Source of the DNA: Camelus ferus
Taxonomy: Eukaryota
Assembly (NCBI RefSeq): GCF_009834535.1
Contig: NC_045696.1
Location: forward strand, 94,738,001 to 94,802,000
DNA: 64,000 nt
Direction: 5' to 3'
Below the pieces are notes generated by a model, which ran no database searches, was not told where the DNA came from, and saw nothing but the letters and a program-made list of their open reading frames with translations. Within the stretch, counting starts at the first letter, position 1. Each line of letters opens with the position of its first letter. The translations under genes and the position numbers were made by a program. Of this stretch, positions 1 to 12,767 are shown in pieces.

Positions 1-38
1 TCTTGTCAGCCCGTTGCATTATAGGAGTTATCGTCCCA

Positions 39-157
39 TTTCTTTCTTTTTCTTTTAAAAAAATTTTTTTTTCGTTTTTAGTTGAGGTGCTAGGGATTGA
101 ACCAGGACCTTGTGCATGCTAAGCATATGCTCTACCACTGAGCTATTACCCTCCCCC
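39..157 (-). mobile_element. Camelid tRNA-derived SINE (vic-1 type)
   Basis: Minus strand reads GGGGGAGGGTAATAGCTCAGTGGTAGAGCATATGCTTAGCATGCACAAGGTCCTGGTTCAATCCCTAGCACCTC (A/B boxes) followed by an A-rich tail. Confidence 0.9.
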
Positions 158-210
158 TAATTTTTCATATTTAATGTAGAATTTCTTATTGTTGCGATAG
201 TAACAAGATA

Positions 211-310
211 TCAGACCCTTTTAGGTTTGGTTTTTGCCATTGACCTAGAATATCTATCAGGTAAAGAAATAAAGTCTGTCCTGTGGAAGCCTGACAATTT
301 TTTAATTTGC
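211..310 (-). pseudogene. Candidate terminal exon (E9) of the decayed gene
   Basis: Acceptor cctcttttcag|; frame QIKKLSGFHRTDFISLPDRYSRSMAKTKPKRV*; ATTAAA on the minus strand at 170-175. Confidence 0.5.
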
Positions 311-444
311 CTGAAAAGAGGTACTCCAAATCGCGAGCACACTCCACATCTTACATCCAGCCTTCCCCTGCCCTGCACTGAGCATTGCACCGTGTGAGGA
401 AACGGTGTAAGGACTCCCCAGGGCAAGAAGGCGCTTCTCTGGCA

Positions 445-676
445 CAGTGGCGCTCGGCGGGTTGACTTTGCACCCCCCTCCCCAGGACATCTGACAGTAC
501 CTGGAGACATTTTTAGTTGTTGGAACTGAAGGGGTGGTATTGGCATGTGGTGGGTAGATGCCAGGGCTGCTGCTAAACATCCTCCAGTGCACCCCGCTTC
601 CCCTCACTTCACCCTCAGCCGCAAAAGCAAGAATTATCTAGACAAAATGGGAATGGTGCTGAGGCTGCGAAACCAA
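445..676 (+). mobile_element. MER20 (hAT-Charlie) fossil
   Basis: CAGTGG...GGAGACATTTTTAGTTG...GGTAGATGCCAGGGCTGCTGCTAAACATCCT...AAGAATTATC...GAGGCTGCGAAACC matches the recalled MER20 consensus. Confidence 0.85.
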
Positions 677-761
677 CCGTGTTCCAGACATCGGACGTGC
701 CCTGCTCCATGGCTGCCTTGGTCCGTGTGCAGCAGCAGGGAAGTGTGTCCATGAGACTCGA

Positions 762-772
762 TGCTGAGTCAC
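762..772 (-). promoter_or_regulatory. Perfect ARE/MARE (NRF2/NF-E2-MAF) motif
   Basis: TGCTGAGTCAC on plus = GTGACTCAGCA on minus. Motif match only. Confidence 0.3.
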
Positions 773-1304
773 AGACGGCAACTGTGCCACCTTTGGGAAA
801 ACTGGCTATGCTTGTTAGACTTGACGGGTGTTTATGTGTCTGCAAGACACTTGGTTTGTAAGGGAAAGTGAAATGGAGTCTGTTAAGCAGGGACTGGGGT
901 GGAGCAGGTCTATTTAAAGAGCACTAACTGGGAGTCAGCAGCCCTGGCTCCACCTTCACCTCACCACCCTGGGCCTCCCTCTCTCCTCTAGCAAGTAAGA
1001 ATTGGAATGAGCTCATCCCTTCCGGTTCCAAAATCGTACAATGAATGAAAAACGACCTCACAGTTCAAGGGAAATGTTTAACATAGTTTAGACTGGGCAT
1101 CGTCTTAATCTGTGGTTCCCTAAAATTTTTTCTCATCAAAAACAAGAGCCATCTTTAAATACATGCACTCAAAAATGTGTTTGTTTTGAATATTAAGTTG
1201 ATATCCCAGGAAAACAGAGTATCCATTGGTGTTTAAATATTGCCCCTCTGCAATATGCTTCTTAGAAAAATCCAGTTTGTCTAGCCACTTGTTTTACCAC
1301 TCAC

Positions 1305-1522
1305 CTTGAGGAGCTGTCAGTGGTTTTCTTCCACCAGACATATATCAGCCTGGCTCACTGCCAGTGCTCCCTGGGAAAGGCACATGAGTAGGGTCAGGTC
1401 TAAGGAGAGCCGTTGGAAATGGTGGCCATGGTAATAACCTCAGTCCTTGTCCTACACCACACCCTTCTCAAAAAGGCCCTGGGTCGCTGGAGCGTGGGTC
1501 TGACTCATCAGTACCCAGAAGT
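1305..1522 (-). pseudogene. Exon remnant E8 (218 nt)
   Basis: Very strong acceptor tttccttttcttttcctctctcctgacag| and donor AAG|GTGAGT. All frames have stops; fragments DFWVLMSQTHAP, LLRPDPTHVPFPG, AVSQAD/YMSGGRKPLTAPQ. Confidence 0.7.
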
Positions 1523-2169
1523 CTGTCAGGAGAGAGGAAAAGAAAAGGAAACCGGGTTAAATTGTTCCGAATACTCAGCACATAGCACACACTTCACAGC
1601 TGTCATCTGATTTAATCATCACAAACACCTGACGAAATGGGTAAGCGTCACATCCCTTCACTGATTTAAAAAAAAAAAGTGAGGTTCAGAAAACTTATTT
1701 ACAACCTATGGAAAAATCTGACTCAAGGGAATATAAATAATAAAATAATAAAATAAATGGATTGGATCACATAACTGAGAAATGGAGGTTGATGTAGAAA
1801 TAGAGCTTGGCCTAGAGCCTTAATACATATCACAGTTTTCCCAGTTTCGGTTTCTCTCTTGTGTTTTCTGAAGTGTTCGCTTTGGCTTTAGGCCACACTG
1901 CACGTCCCAGAAGCTCCTGACTCTTCCTCAGGACCTCACACCTCTTGGCTTTGGAGTCGACTGTGGTTCCCACACAAGTCTGGGATTCATTCTCTCCTTG
2001 GCTTATCTAGTCACATGTTTTTCCCTGAACTAATGGTTCTGTGTTGAGAAAGGCTGATCAATTGGCCCATTCCTGGTGCTGCATGGTCACAGGTACAAAT
2101 TAGAAAGTGACTAAATTCCCTAAAGGAACATCTGGGTACTGTTAGCAAGAAAAATTTGAAGGACCAGGT

Positions 2170-3419
2170 TTTTTTGTTTTTTTAATTGACATATAGTCAG
2201 TTTACCATGTTGTGTCAATTTCTGGTGTACAGGATAATGTTTAAGTCATACATATACATACATAATTTTCATATTCTTTTTCATTACAGGTTACTATAAG
2301 ATATTGAATATAGTTCCCTGTGCTATACGTATAAACACTGTTTATCTATTTTATATACAGTAATTAGTATCTGCAAATTTTGAACTCCCTATTTGTCCCT
2401 TCCCACCTCCTTCCCACCTTCCCCTTCTGGTAGCCATAAGTTTGTTTTCTATGACTGTGAGTCTGTTTCTGCTTTGTGAATAAGTTAATTTGCGTCTTTT
2501 TTTTTTTTTTTCTTTTTCTTTTCTTTTTTTAGATTCCACAGGTAAGTAGTATCATGGTATTTTTCTTTCTCTTTCTGGCTTACTTCACTTAGAATGACAA
2601 TCTCCAGGTCCATCCATGTTGCAGCAAACGGCATTATTTTATTATTTTTATGTATTATGAATATGAATATGAATAGTATTCCATTGTATAAACATATCAC
2701 ATTTTCTTTATCCAGTCATCTGTTGATGGACATTTAGGTGGTTTCCACGTATATAGTTCTTGTATATAGTGCTGATGAACACTGAGGTGCATGTATCTTT
2801 TTGAATTAGAGTTCTCTCTGGATATATGCCCAGGAGTGGGATTGCTGGCTTATACGGTAAATCTTTTTAGTTTTTTAAGGACTCTCCATACCGTTTTCCA
2901 TAATGGCTGCACCAAACTACATTCCCACCAATAGTGTAGGGGGGTTCCCTTTTCTCCACATCTTCTCCAGTATTAATTGTAGACTTTTGAATGATGGCCA
3001 TTCTGACTGGTGTGAGGTGATACCTCATTGTAGTTTTGATTTACATTTCTCTGTTAATAGCGATATTAAGCATTTTTTCATGTACCTATTGGCAATTTGT
3101 AAATCTTCATTGGAGAATTGCTTGTTTAGGTCTTCTGGCCATTTTTGGATTGGGTTGTTTGTTTTTTTTGTTTTTATGTTGCATAAACTGTATATTCTGG
3201 AGATTAAGTCCTTGTCAGTCCCATCATTTGCAAATATTTTCTCCCATTCTGTAGGTTGTCTTTTGTTTATAATTTCCTTTGTTGTGCAAAAGTTTATAAG
3301 TTTAATTAGGTCCCATTTGTTTATGTTTGCTTTTATTTCTATTGCCTGGGTAGACTGCCCTAGGAGAACATTGCTAAGATTTATGTTAGAGAATGTTTTG
3401 CATATGCTTTTTTTCTAGG
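2170..3419 (-). mobile_element. 5'-truncated LINE-1 (camelid/artiodactyl type): 3' UTR plus ORF2 C-terminus
   Basis: Poly(T) start, characteristic 3' UTR, ORF2 remnant [26 protein letters not shown]. Confidence 0.93.
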
Positions 3420-3820
3420 TTTAGAATGTGAAGGACTAGATAGACAGTGAGGTGGTAACTCAAACGTTCACTGGTAGGTTAAAGAAATGACCAAAGTGCT
3501 TGGAGTTTCTACTACAAAAATAATTTTTAAACACATCTAAAACAATCTTTACATTTAACTATCAAAGAAAGAGAAAGATCAATGCCAGAATCTGGGCTGC
3601 TAGTCCTTAATTCCCAAGCATGTTCTAGAAACCATGGAGGTTTTATATGAGTAATTTAAGAGTTTATTGTATAGTGCTATTTTGAAGCTGGTCAAAATAA
3701 GGCACAGAGACTAAACAATAGTCCCACTAACTATGTTGTTTTTCACTGCTCATAATGCTGGACACATTTTTCTCACTAATCAGTGGAAATTCTCATGAAA
3801 AAGCAACGAGGACAAATTGC

Positions 3821-3873
3821 CTCCTTGCATCCAACCCTTCTGATCATCTTGGAACAGGACCATAAGAAAGAAC
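3821..3873 (-). pseudogene. Possible exon remnant E7 (53 nt)
   Basis: Acceptor ggtgccctttcag|; non-canonical donor GAG|GCAATT; frame FFLMVLFQDDQKGWMQG joins E8 in phase 1. Confidence 0.35.
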
Positions 3874-4179
3874 CTGAAAGGGCACCAGGGCCAGACCAGT
3901 GTCCTTTTTTTCCCCTTTAAACATCTCACCAGTTTCCAAAGATGACTCTACTTGTTCTCAGCTATGAAGTATTTCTTCATGATAAATAACATGGCAGTTT
4001 CTAAAATAAGTTGAGTCAATTCCATGTAACTTAAAAATAATGATGCTAAAACTTTTAAAAGGAGACTACATTATGATGCCTATTAAAGAGATTTTTCTTT
4101 CCATAATATAAAACACAAACTTCTTTAATTAAGAGAATTCACATGGCTGAGGGAAATTATCTGGGCAGAAACCACTTAC

Positions 4180-4302
4180 CCTGTAGACAAAAAAGTCATG
4201 AAATGTGGACATTAAACTTATTTGTCCTCAAGAAATAAAGGGAACTTAGTAAAGCCGAATCAGATGGTAGGACTCATGTTAGCTGGATATTGTGGCATTT
4301 TT
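4180..4302 (-). pseudogene. Exon remnant E6 (123 nt)
   Basis: Acceptor gtttttattcttacctgtacag|, donor AGG|GTAAGT; stops in all frames; fragments HES/TI*FGFTKFP and LMSTFHDFF. Confidence 0.65.
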
Positions 4303-4839
4303 CTGTACAGGTAAGAATAAAAACGGGTTTCTGATACGTCACATAACTACCAATATACCAAAATAATCTTTGATTAACAACACCCCATCTGGATGGAAAA
4401 ATGTTTTCTCCCCTTTTAAAAAATTACTTGTTTGGTTAGTTCAGAAACCTAAGTTTGAATAAAATATTGCCTGTGAAGAAATTAGCACAAAAATTTCAAA
4501 TATTAATTTTTTGGTTTACCGCAGGCTGCCTTTAGACCACAAAGGTAGAAATAATTAAAAAACAAAACCTCAAACACAACATCTTTTATAATGTTAGCTT
4601 TTAAAAAAGAAAACAGACTACAACCCTAAGATGGTAATGAATCATCTTTGTGGACCTGCTTAGAAGCACTTACTGCCTGTAGGCAGAAGTCATGGTCAGC
4701 CTCCTGCTGCTCGGTCTCTCTCTCCCTCTTCCCCCTTAACCTTCCCCTCCCCCTCTCCTCTCTTCCTCTCTCTGGTGTGGTTCAGTACATCACAGTGTGA
4801 GTGACCAAGATGTCGATGGCATATTCAGAGAAGACAGAC

Positions 4840-4912
4840 CTTGGTGATGAAAGGCCTCAAAATGAGCTTATGTCCACCGTCTGGATTTGTTGAAGGAATT
4901 TTGATGTTTAAT
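4840..4912 (-). pseudogene. Exon remnant E5 (73 nt)
   Basis: Acceptor cttgttatttcctag|, weak donor AAG|GTCTGT; phase-0 frame IKHQNSFNKSRRWT*AHFEAFHHQ. Confidence 0.5.
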
Positions 4913-5034
4913 CTAGGAAATAACAAGACTTCACTTCTTTTTCCAAATAACCAAAAACTTAACTTGACCTAGAGAACTAAGTGTTCGATTCATTAGCATC
5001 TTAAGAAAAACTAGAAGCAGTGAACAAAGGCTCA

Positions 5035-5275
5035 AGAAAGTGGTTAAGTACACAAATGATGGAGTCAGAAAGTCAGGGGTTCGAATACCTGTTCCACCAC
5101 ATACTCACTGTATAAGCTTGGCAACATATTTAAACACTAGGAGCCTCAATCTCCCTCTCTGATAAGTTTGGAAAATAACAACTAACTTGCAGGGTTATTA
5201 TAATGATCAAATGAGTCAACAGTGTATTCAAAGTGCTACATGTAGCAACTGGCATTAGTAAGGATTCAACAAATG
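5035..5275 (+). mobile_element. MIR SINE
   Basis: TGGTTAAG...GGAGTCAGA...GGGTTCGAATACCTG...CTTGGCAAC...CCTCAATCTCC core. Confidence 0.75.
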
Positions 5276-5818
5276 GTCTTTCAACAGTTGCTTCATAAAT
5301 CATCATCACAGTTATTATTATTTGTCAGAAGTATCCAATGACAAAAATTCTTGCCTTTGAAAGTAGTCATTTCAGCCATTGGTTGAGGTGTTCAGTAGCT
5401 TCTGTGTTGTTGTTGTTTTTTTTTTCTAGTTCAAACTCATTTCCCTTTTATTAAAGTCCAAGTTATCATTACATGGTTTGGTACTCAACAAAGGAAAACT
5501 TGTTCAAATAAGATAATATGTTATCATCAGTATTTCCAGCTGATTGTTTACAATCAAATAGCATTATCAATAAATCCTTGGAAAGCCCATCCATACTCCT
5601 TAAGGTGTAAGGAGTATGAGCTTAAAGTCTTCCGGTCTGGATTTGAATTTCAGTTCTAACATTTACTAGCTCTGTTTAAACTGGACATGACATTTAATTT
5701 GTATGAATCTCAGTTTTCTTTTCTTAATTTAGAATAATAATATCTCTTTCACAAGCTTGTTTTTTCCTGAGTAATAAATAACATAATCATATGAAGAATA
5801 TAATTTTTTGAGCATGTA

Positions 5819-6316
5819 CAGATTTTCCTTGACTGACAGTGGGGTTACAACCCAAGCAACATATCAAAAGTTGAAAATATCATTAAATTGAAAATGCATC
5901 TAATACATCTAACCTATTGAACATTATAGCTCAGTCTAGCCTACCTTAAACTTTCTCAGAACACTTACTTTAGCCCACAGTTGGGCAAAATCATCTAACA
6001 CAAAGCCTATTTTATAATCAAGCACTGAATATCTCAAGTAATTTATTGAATACTGTACTGAAAGCGAAAAATGGAACGGTTGTCTGGGTGCAAGATGATT
6101 GTAAGTGTATCATTTAATTACCCTCATGGTCACGTGGCTGCTTGGGAGCTGTGGCTCACGGCCACTGCTCAGCATCACAGGGCCATCTATTGAATTATCT
6201 TGAGCCTCAGAAAAGATAAAAATTCAAAGTATAGTTTCTACTGAGTGCATATTGCTTTCACGCCATATAAGTTGAAAAACTGTAAGCTGAACCACTGTTA
6301 AGTCAGAGACTGTCTG
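5819..6316 (+). mobile_element. Tigger5/MER47-type TcMar DNA transposon inserted into a minus-strand MIR (about 5800-6500)
   Basis: TA|CAGATTTTCCTTGACTGACAGTGG ... CCACTGTTAAGTCAGAGACTGTCTG|CA terminal inverted repeats; internal GTTGGGCAAAATCATCTAACACAAAGCCTATTTTATAAT; the MIR resumes directly afterwards. Confidence 0.85.
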
Positions 6317-7246
6317 CACTCAGTGCCAGGCACTATTCCAAACACTCTACATGCATTCACGTATTTAATCCTGACAACAGAACTAGGAGGAGGTTATTAC
6401 TATTATCCCCATTTTACAGATAAGGAAACTGAGCCATAATTTGAGTCATTAGCCCAAGGTCACACAGTTAATAAGATGTCTGGCTCCTGGGACCATGATC
6501 ATGAACATTCCTAACACAGTGCTTGACACGGAACATTTGTTCATTCTTCCTCCGTGTACCGGAAGACTGCTTAGCCAGCATAGCCTTACAGGGACAACCA
6601 ATCAAAGATTCAAACTTGCCAGGGGTAGTAATTCAAGAGTCTGGACTTAACTGTCTTGAGTGCCAGTCCATGAACTAGGGTCACACTGGCTGCAGTTAAA
6701 TGAAAGATTGCTCTGAGAATTACCAATTCTCGGGCCCACTTCTGGAAATGACCAGTCAGTAATGTGGTGGGGAGCTAAGAATTTGTGGCGCCCTAGGGAT
6801 CCTGTCGCACAGCTGGGGTGGATAACCAGATACCTGTGACTGTGTGTCTTCCAACTAGGAGTTTCTACAAGCCTCTGAATAAAAACAGGCACTTGATTGT
6901 TTGATCCTAAGTTTTCCAGTTTGTAGTCAGGGGCATTTCCTCCCTCTAACTGATTAGGGAAAAATACGTAAGGTCACGGAATCCATTATTTCTTCTGTAG
7001 AAAAGCTTCACACCTCCCCGTCTAAAGGGTGTGTCTCAACTGAGCATTGCAGTCACCTCCCTGTCACTTAATCCCTCCTCCAATAAACAGAGATGGAGAA
7101 ACCAAATGAACAAGTTTGCAACCTGAGTGCAAGCCAAGTTCCTCAGTCTCCAGGAGATGTCATGGATAACATAAGTAAATAAAAAGCAGCAAAAATGTAG
7201 GTCACACTGAGTTTGTAAAATATAATAAATGGTATGGGAACTCTAC

Positions 7247-7505
7247 CTCCACGTCAGGTAGGCAAGGCTGTGCAATTTAGAAGGAGCAGGAGGAGCAACA
7301 TCTGGGTCCAAGGAAGATTTTGTCTGTGGAAAACATCCTTAGCTGTGGTCCACATACAAGAAGAAAATGGCGAACTCTTAGCTCAGGGCAACATCTTTAG
7401 GAAAGAAAATCAGCGGTGGGGAAAATGGATCCAAGATTCTGATTCAAGTTCTGTAAATCTAGGTCCCATGAAGAGCTCTGTTACTATGGCTGAGTGGCTG
7501 TGACA
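7247..7505 (-). pseudogene. Exon remnant E4 (259 nt)
   Basis: Strong acceptor ttctttctttttgtcacctccacccag|, donor GAG|GTAGAG; fragments ALHG/RFTELESESWIHFPHR*, SCMWTTAKDVFHRQNLP, DPDVAPPAPS, AQPCLPDVE. Confidence 0.62.
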
Positions 7506-8155
7506 CTGGGTGGAGGTGACAAAAAGAAAGAATTTATGTATGTATGTGTGTGTGTAAATACATATTTACACATGCATTCACACACTTAAATCAACGCACA
7601 TATATCTCAGAATTATACCCACAAAAATAATTTCAACAAACCATCAGTTAGTTTACTCCTTGACTATTTGGACAAAGGAGTTTCCCCAAGTTTTAGTACA
7701 GAATAGAGAGGAGAAAAAAGGAGTTCATAATTCTTTAGCTGGGATTTGATTCACAGCCAAATTAATTTCTTTCCAGTTTTTTTTTTTTTTCTCCTTCCCT
7801 AGACAGTGCTTGGGAAATGATAATGTTTTTTTCATGAGAGCAAGCACACATATTTCAGTTCCCTAGATTTTATCATGGTATAAACGTTTAAAGGAGATAT
7901 AAATGTTGTGAAAACTCCAAAGTAGGTGGAAGACAGAAGTGCAGTGGGGAGTTTTTCAGGATACACTTTGACAGCAAGCTGTGGCAGAATGTTAAGCAGG
8001 GAACCCAGGAATGACGTTCGGCAACTCTAATTCTCAAGAGAAGAGAATGACCCTAGTGTTACTGAAGAAGCAGAGCAGTGTGTATGTATCAGAATAAGAA
8101 AAGGGCAAAATAAATAACTGCTGTTGCACAAGATAATGGAATAAAAATGACTTAC

Positions 8156-8211
8156 TGTGAAGGGAAGGGATTTACAAAATTGTAGTCAATTTGAAAAGAC
8201 TAAAAAATTTA
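8156..8211 (-). pseudogene. Exon remnant E3 (56 nt)
   Basis: Acceptor tttttcattatcacttggcacttacag|, donor ACA|GTAAGT; frame *IF*SFQIDYNFVNPFPS. Confidence 0.6.
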
Positions 8212-8379
8212 CTGTAAGTGCCAAGTGATAATGAAAAACATCTGTGCATCTTTGCCCAAATAATAGATAAATAAAGTAGAAACTGGACAGACAGCCGAGA
8301 CCTTGTCCCTTTTACACTGTGAAGAGTTGCTGTTTTAGCTGTACTTTTTCTTCAGTCTATTGGAGGGAAATAGATTCTC

Positions 8380-8395
8380 TGGTGCCATCTAGTGA
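8380..8395 (-). promoter_or_regulatory. CTCF-like motif
   Basis: Minus strand TCACTAGATGGCACCA versus core CCACYAGRKGGCRS; one mismatch. Confidence 0.45.
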
Positions 8396-9229
8396 TGAAG
8401 TGGAGGAAGGCAACTAAAAGAGATGGAATTTTGTTTTATTTTGGTATTTCCTATATAGGAAACATGAGTATCATGAAACAGCTGAGTTTCAGGGGTAAGG
8501 CATTAGTTTGAAACTTATTAATGAAATCAATGCTCGTTAGTATAAGCAAGAATTTTGAGGTGATCTGGAGAAGGCAAGGACTTTTGCCTCTCAGTTTTTG
8601 CTCAACTCCAAGCACCCAGGATGACATCTAACATAATGTATAAAGCTTGTGTGAATCTGTTTGAAACAAAATGAATAAATGGTGACAAAATTTACAGTAT
8701 TTCAGAGACCATATATCTCTTGTCCTACACATATACTGTATCCACCTATGACGTTTTTTAAACAGATGGTGCAACTTTTATAAATGATTTTAAATAACAA
8801 AATTAAAATTCTTTACACTAAACCATTGTCATTGCTGTAGATTCCTCAAAATCATGTTATGAGTTCATTGCTGAGTTTGAAAGGGAATATCAGAAAATAT
8901 AAGCTATCCAAGCTCTAAAATTTGTATTACTTAGCCTCATCTGCTAATTTATTTATTCATTTATTTTGCACATTTCAAGGAAAGGAGGAGATTAACACAT
9001 ATTGTATCTCTCTGCTGAGCTAGATGTCTTATTTATACAAAAATTTATGAAATACTCACAAAGAAAGCAACCTGGATGGGTTAAAAAATCCTGAAGCTCA
9101 GAGGTTTAGTTTATATAGTTATAAAGTCCACCTAAGTTTCTTGGCTTTCAAGCCCATAATAGTATGTTTGACATGAGAGGTTTTGTTTGTCTTTTAGGGT
9201 TTTTTTCTGTGGCTTTTTTGTAGCCTGAT

Positions 9230-9680
9230 GTTCTTCATCCCTCTTTCATGATTGCCTAAGTTTGTCACTTTGATACCATTGCCTGAGACCAAGGAATTGG
9301 TTTAGGGTTGGACATGGTAACCCATTTATGGCCAATGAGACAGAGAAGAGGTCTTATAGAAAAGTTTCTCATCCTGGATAAAAAGAAACTCAAGAGAGAA
9401 ATGTTCCCTTTGCTGCCTCTTGATATTGGTTTCTGAAAATGTATGCCTGGTGCTACTGCAGTCATCTTGTGACCATGAGGGGAACGAGTTCACATACCTA
9501 AAATGACAAAGTGAACAGATGGGAAGATGAGCATTTATGACATTGTGGAGCCACTAAGCTAACCAACCGGGGTGCCCTGCCTTGAACTTCTTGTTATATG
9601 AATAATAAAGAACCTCCTTTTAAAATTCATTTAGAGATTATTTTTTCTGTTACAGTTGAAAACATCCTAATTAAAACATA
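9230..9680 (+). mobile_element. MLT1 (ERVL-MaLR) LTR, old subfamily
   Basis: GGCCAATGAGA...GCAGTCATCTTGTGACCATGAGGG...CTTCTTGTTATATGAATAATAAA...CATCCTAATTAAAACA. Confidence 0.7.
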
Positions 9681-10790
9681 TAAGCGAAATATAAGAAATA
9701 AGCAGAAATTGTTTAAACCCTATTGGAAAAGAGAATTAGTATGAAAATGAATCTCATTTTAATAAATCACATAAGTAATTCTGCATTTAAAAAAAACAAA
9801 AAATGGCGTATTGAAGAAAAAGTCTAATAAAATGTGTTTGGTGAACTTTAAATTGAGACAAGAAGGAGCTAAATTTCATGGAAAGAACAATAAAAAAGGC
9901 AAGAAAACTGTAAGTATACTTACCACTCCATGGGTGCCACAATTTAATAGACTGTTAAAACTAAGCTTTAATAACTTTCTCAACTGCTCTATTATGCCAA
10001 TGGAAAAATAGGTAAGCCAAACTTCAGCCCACAGAATCCATGTTGTACTGAGCTTCACTGTCCTCTAAAAGTGGTGCTGTCATACTTTTTAATACATTGA
10101 TACAAAAGTTAATCAAAATTCACTTTGGTCCTCCTGTCTCAGGATAGGGTAGTTCCTGCTAAAGGTGAACTTTCCACCCTGAGTTTCAAGTTCCAATTAC
10201 CAAATGTATTTCCCCCATAACTTAAATGAATCTACTTCTTAACCCTCTATCTTAACTTTCTTGGAAATCAAACCAAAATGAAACAACAACAAAAACCCCC
10301 CAAAACAACACTTCTAATTGAAGTGGGAATTAAAAATGAAAATAGTTTATTTAAAAAAATTCAAATAAAAGATGAAAATAGAAACATTTTCAGAATTAAT
10401 TGGGGTCATGATTTTAGTAAATATAAAATTATTTGGACTAAATTTATTTAGCAAGACTGAAAAGTTATAGCTATTTGCATGTATTCTGCTTCAGCAAACA
10501 CACACACACACACATACATAAAACTAAACAAACTGAAACCACAGGTTGTTTAGGGTAAGATTCTGATCACTGTCATTTCCTTTGAAATGATTTTTTTTGA
10601 TTGAAGATTTAAAAAGTCAACACTTTATTTTTCTCTTTACCTCTTTGTAGAAGCAGTACCTGGTGGCAGGAGAATGGATCTGCTGATGCACCATCAGTCA
10701 CCCTGCCATCCTCTATCGCCTCCATTAGCTCAAGAGCACCATCTTGTTTCCCACCCAATCAACTGTCAATAAAATAGAACTTCTCCATAC

Positions 10791-10844
10791 CTCAGGCGTA
10801 TGAAAGCATGTTTTATAATTTGAAGGAGTAGCTCTGTTACTTTC
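10791..10844 (-). pseudogene. Exon remnant E2 (54 nt)
   Basis: Acceptor ttttgaaatgtag|, donor GAG|GTATGG; symmetric length; open as ESNRATPSNYKTCFHTPE (phase 0) and KVTELLLQIIKHAFIRL (phase 2). Confidence 0.55.
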
Positions 10845-11089
10845 CTACATTTCAAAACATAGTCATTTTGCCACTATTTCACTGTGAGCAACAAACTAGT
10901 ACATTTTAAGTCTGGAAGGATTTATGTGTAAAATCGTCACATCACAGCTTAGAGACAGTCTCGGAATCTTTTCCTTGTATACATATTGTCAACATATCTC
11001 AGTAAAATAGATGGTGCTTTTCATTAACCTCATACATGCCTCTTTTTATCTCTGTACAATTATATCCTAAATAATGAATCAAACAACAA

Positions 11090-11262
11090 TAATTATTATA
11101 ATATTTTCGTAACACATCTGTGAGGTAGGTATATTATTATCCCATTCTACAGACTGAAAAACTGAGGCTGAGTGGAAGACACTCTTATCTGAGATCACAG
11201 AGCTATCAAGTGGTAGAGCCAGGGTTTGAACCCAGGCAGAATGAGAGTTCAAACTCTGGCAA
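11090..11262 (-). mobile_element. MIR SINE
   Basis: GTGAGGTAGGTATATTATTATCCCATTCTACAGACTGAAAAACTGAGGCT...GGTTTGAACCCAGGCAG. Confidence 0.8.
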
Positions 11263-11334
11263 TAGGAAACAGTCTTAATTCCATTGTTCTGATGAGACAA
11301 GTTATTTTAATTAGCTTGTTAGAATTATGTCAGA

Positions 11335-12150
11335 AAAGAGGCACATACATTGCTGGTGGGAATGTAGAATGGCAAACACTCTTGCAAACATTTTGGCAAT
11401 TTCTTATAAAATTAAACATGTACTTACCATATGGCCAGACCATTGCACTCTTGGGTATTTAGCCCAGAGAAATTAAAACTTTGTTTATGCAAAAATCTGT
11501 ATACATCTATTCACAGTGGCTTTATTTCTAATGCTATTCTCCAACTGCAATAACCCAGATGTCTTTTAGTAGGTGAATGGTTAAACAAACTATGGTACAT
11601 ACTGTGGAATACTACTCAGCAGTAAAAAGGAATGAACTGTTCATATACACAACAACCTGGATAGATCTCAAATAAATTATGCTGACTGGAGAAAGCCATT
11701 GCTTAAAGGTCAGGTACAGATTTTAGTTATACAACATTTTTGAAATGGCAAAAATTATGGAGAGCAGATTGTGGTTGTTAGTGGTCAGGGGTAGGGCAAC
11801 TGGGTGGGATGGCAATAGATGTAGTAATAAAAGGACAATGCAGGGATGTGGATCCTTGTGGTGAGAGGACTGTTTTTTTCTCACTACTATAGTGGTAGAC
11901 ACACAATCTGCACCAGGTAACAAAATTAAATAGAACTAAATGTACACACACACATACACCCACACAACTGTAAGTAAAACCCAGGATGGCTGGATAAGAT
12001 CTGCAGGTCAATACCTGCTTGTGGTATTGCATTGTATTTTTCCAAGATGTTATCACTGGAGGAAACTGAGAAAAGAATATGCCAGATCTCTACTATTTTT
12101 TACATCTAATGCCAATCTATAATGATCTCAAAGTTTAAACACGTAATTAA
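11335..12150 (+). mobile_element. Old LINE-1 3' end (L1MC/L1MD-like)
   Basis: ORF2 tail YIAGGNVEWQTLLQTFWQFLIKLNMYLPY and a long old-L1 3' UTR. Confidence 0.85.
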
Positions 12151-12767
12151 AAATGATTGTAGATAATCCTATTATCCTAATCAGAATTATTTTTCCACAC
12201 TTAAAAACAGTGGACTATAATTTTTATACATACTTTTAGCCACAAAGTAAGATATAAAAATAAGGTTTCATTCAGCAAATAAAGCAAACACCCTCCACTG
12301 GCGCACTGCTTCTATTGTTAGCAGTGCCCCCACTAACAAGGGATTCAGTAATGCTCGTCTCTGTGCTATATAGACATGCATTATACAGGTTTTTTTTTTA
12401 AGTGTGAAAAGAAATTGCTTAGCGGTTCAGCTTTCCTCTTGCATTAATGCATTATCTGAGCCTGGGCATATATGTCTGTTTTCATTTTCTTTGTGTGGCT
12501 CTTCTCACAGACATCGATTTTTAAAAAATGTTTTTATTTGTCAATACCCATTGATTTAAAAAATATACATAACCTGAGTCATTTATTTTTCTTGGAAAAA
12601 TGGCATAGTAGTTTGTCTCACCTTTGATTTTGGACAGGCTGGAGGGAAAGTATCTTTGAAAAAAAAATAGGTTTTTAAAGCCTGATTTCTTCAAACGCAG
12701 TGCTGGTGAGTCAAGGCAGTCTTGAGTCACACAGCTTCCGGTTTGGGTTGTCATTTTCTTTACTCAC

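Noticed and set aside
85..157. tRNA gene
   Set aside because: tRNA-derived SINE head with an AT-rich tail and four more dispersed copies, several with TSDs.
2903..3418. Hydrophobic membrane-like ORFs here and at 15052, 45280-45941, 47441 and 62771-63549
   Set aside because: T-rich antisense translations of L1 sequence.
4305..4316. Plus-strand donor CAG|GTAAGA
   Set aside because: Better explained as the reverse complement of the E6 acceptor tract; no plus-strand acceptor upstream.
7234..7503. 89-aa plus-strand ORF
   Set aside because: Overlies minus-strand exon E4; the splice signals are on the minus strand.
10625..10775. Plus-strand acceptor (ttttctctttacctctttgtag) followed by AATAAA
   Set aside because: No upstream partner exon or coding signal; such motifs occur by chance in AT-rich DNA.
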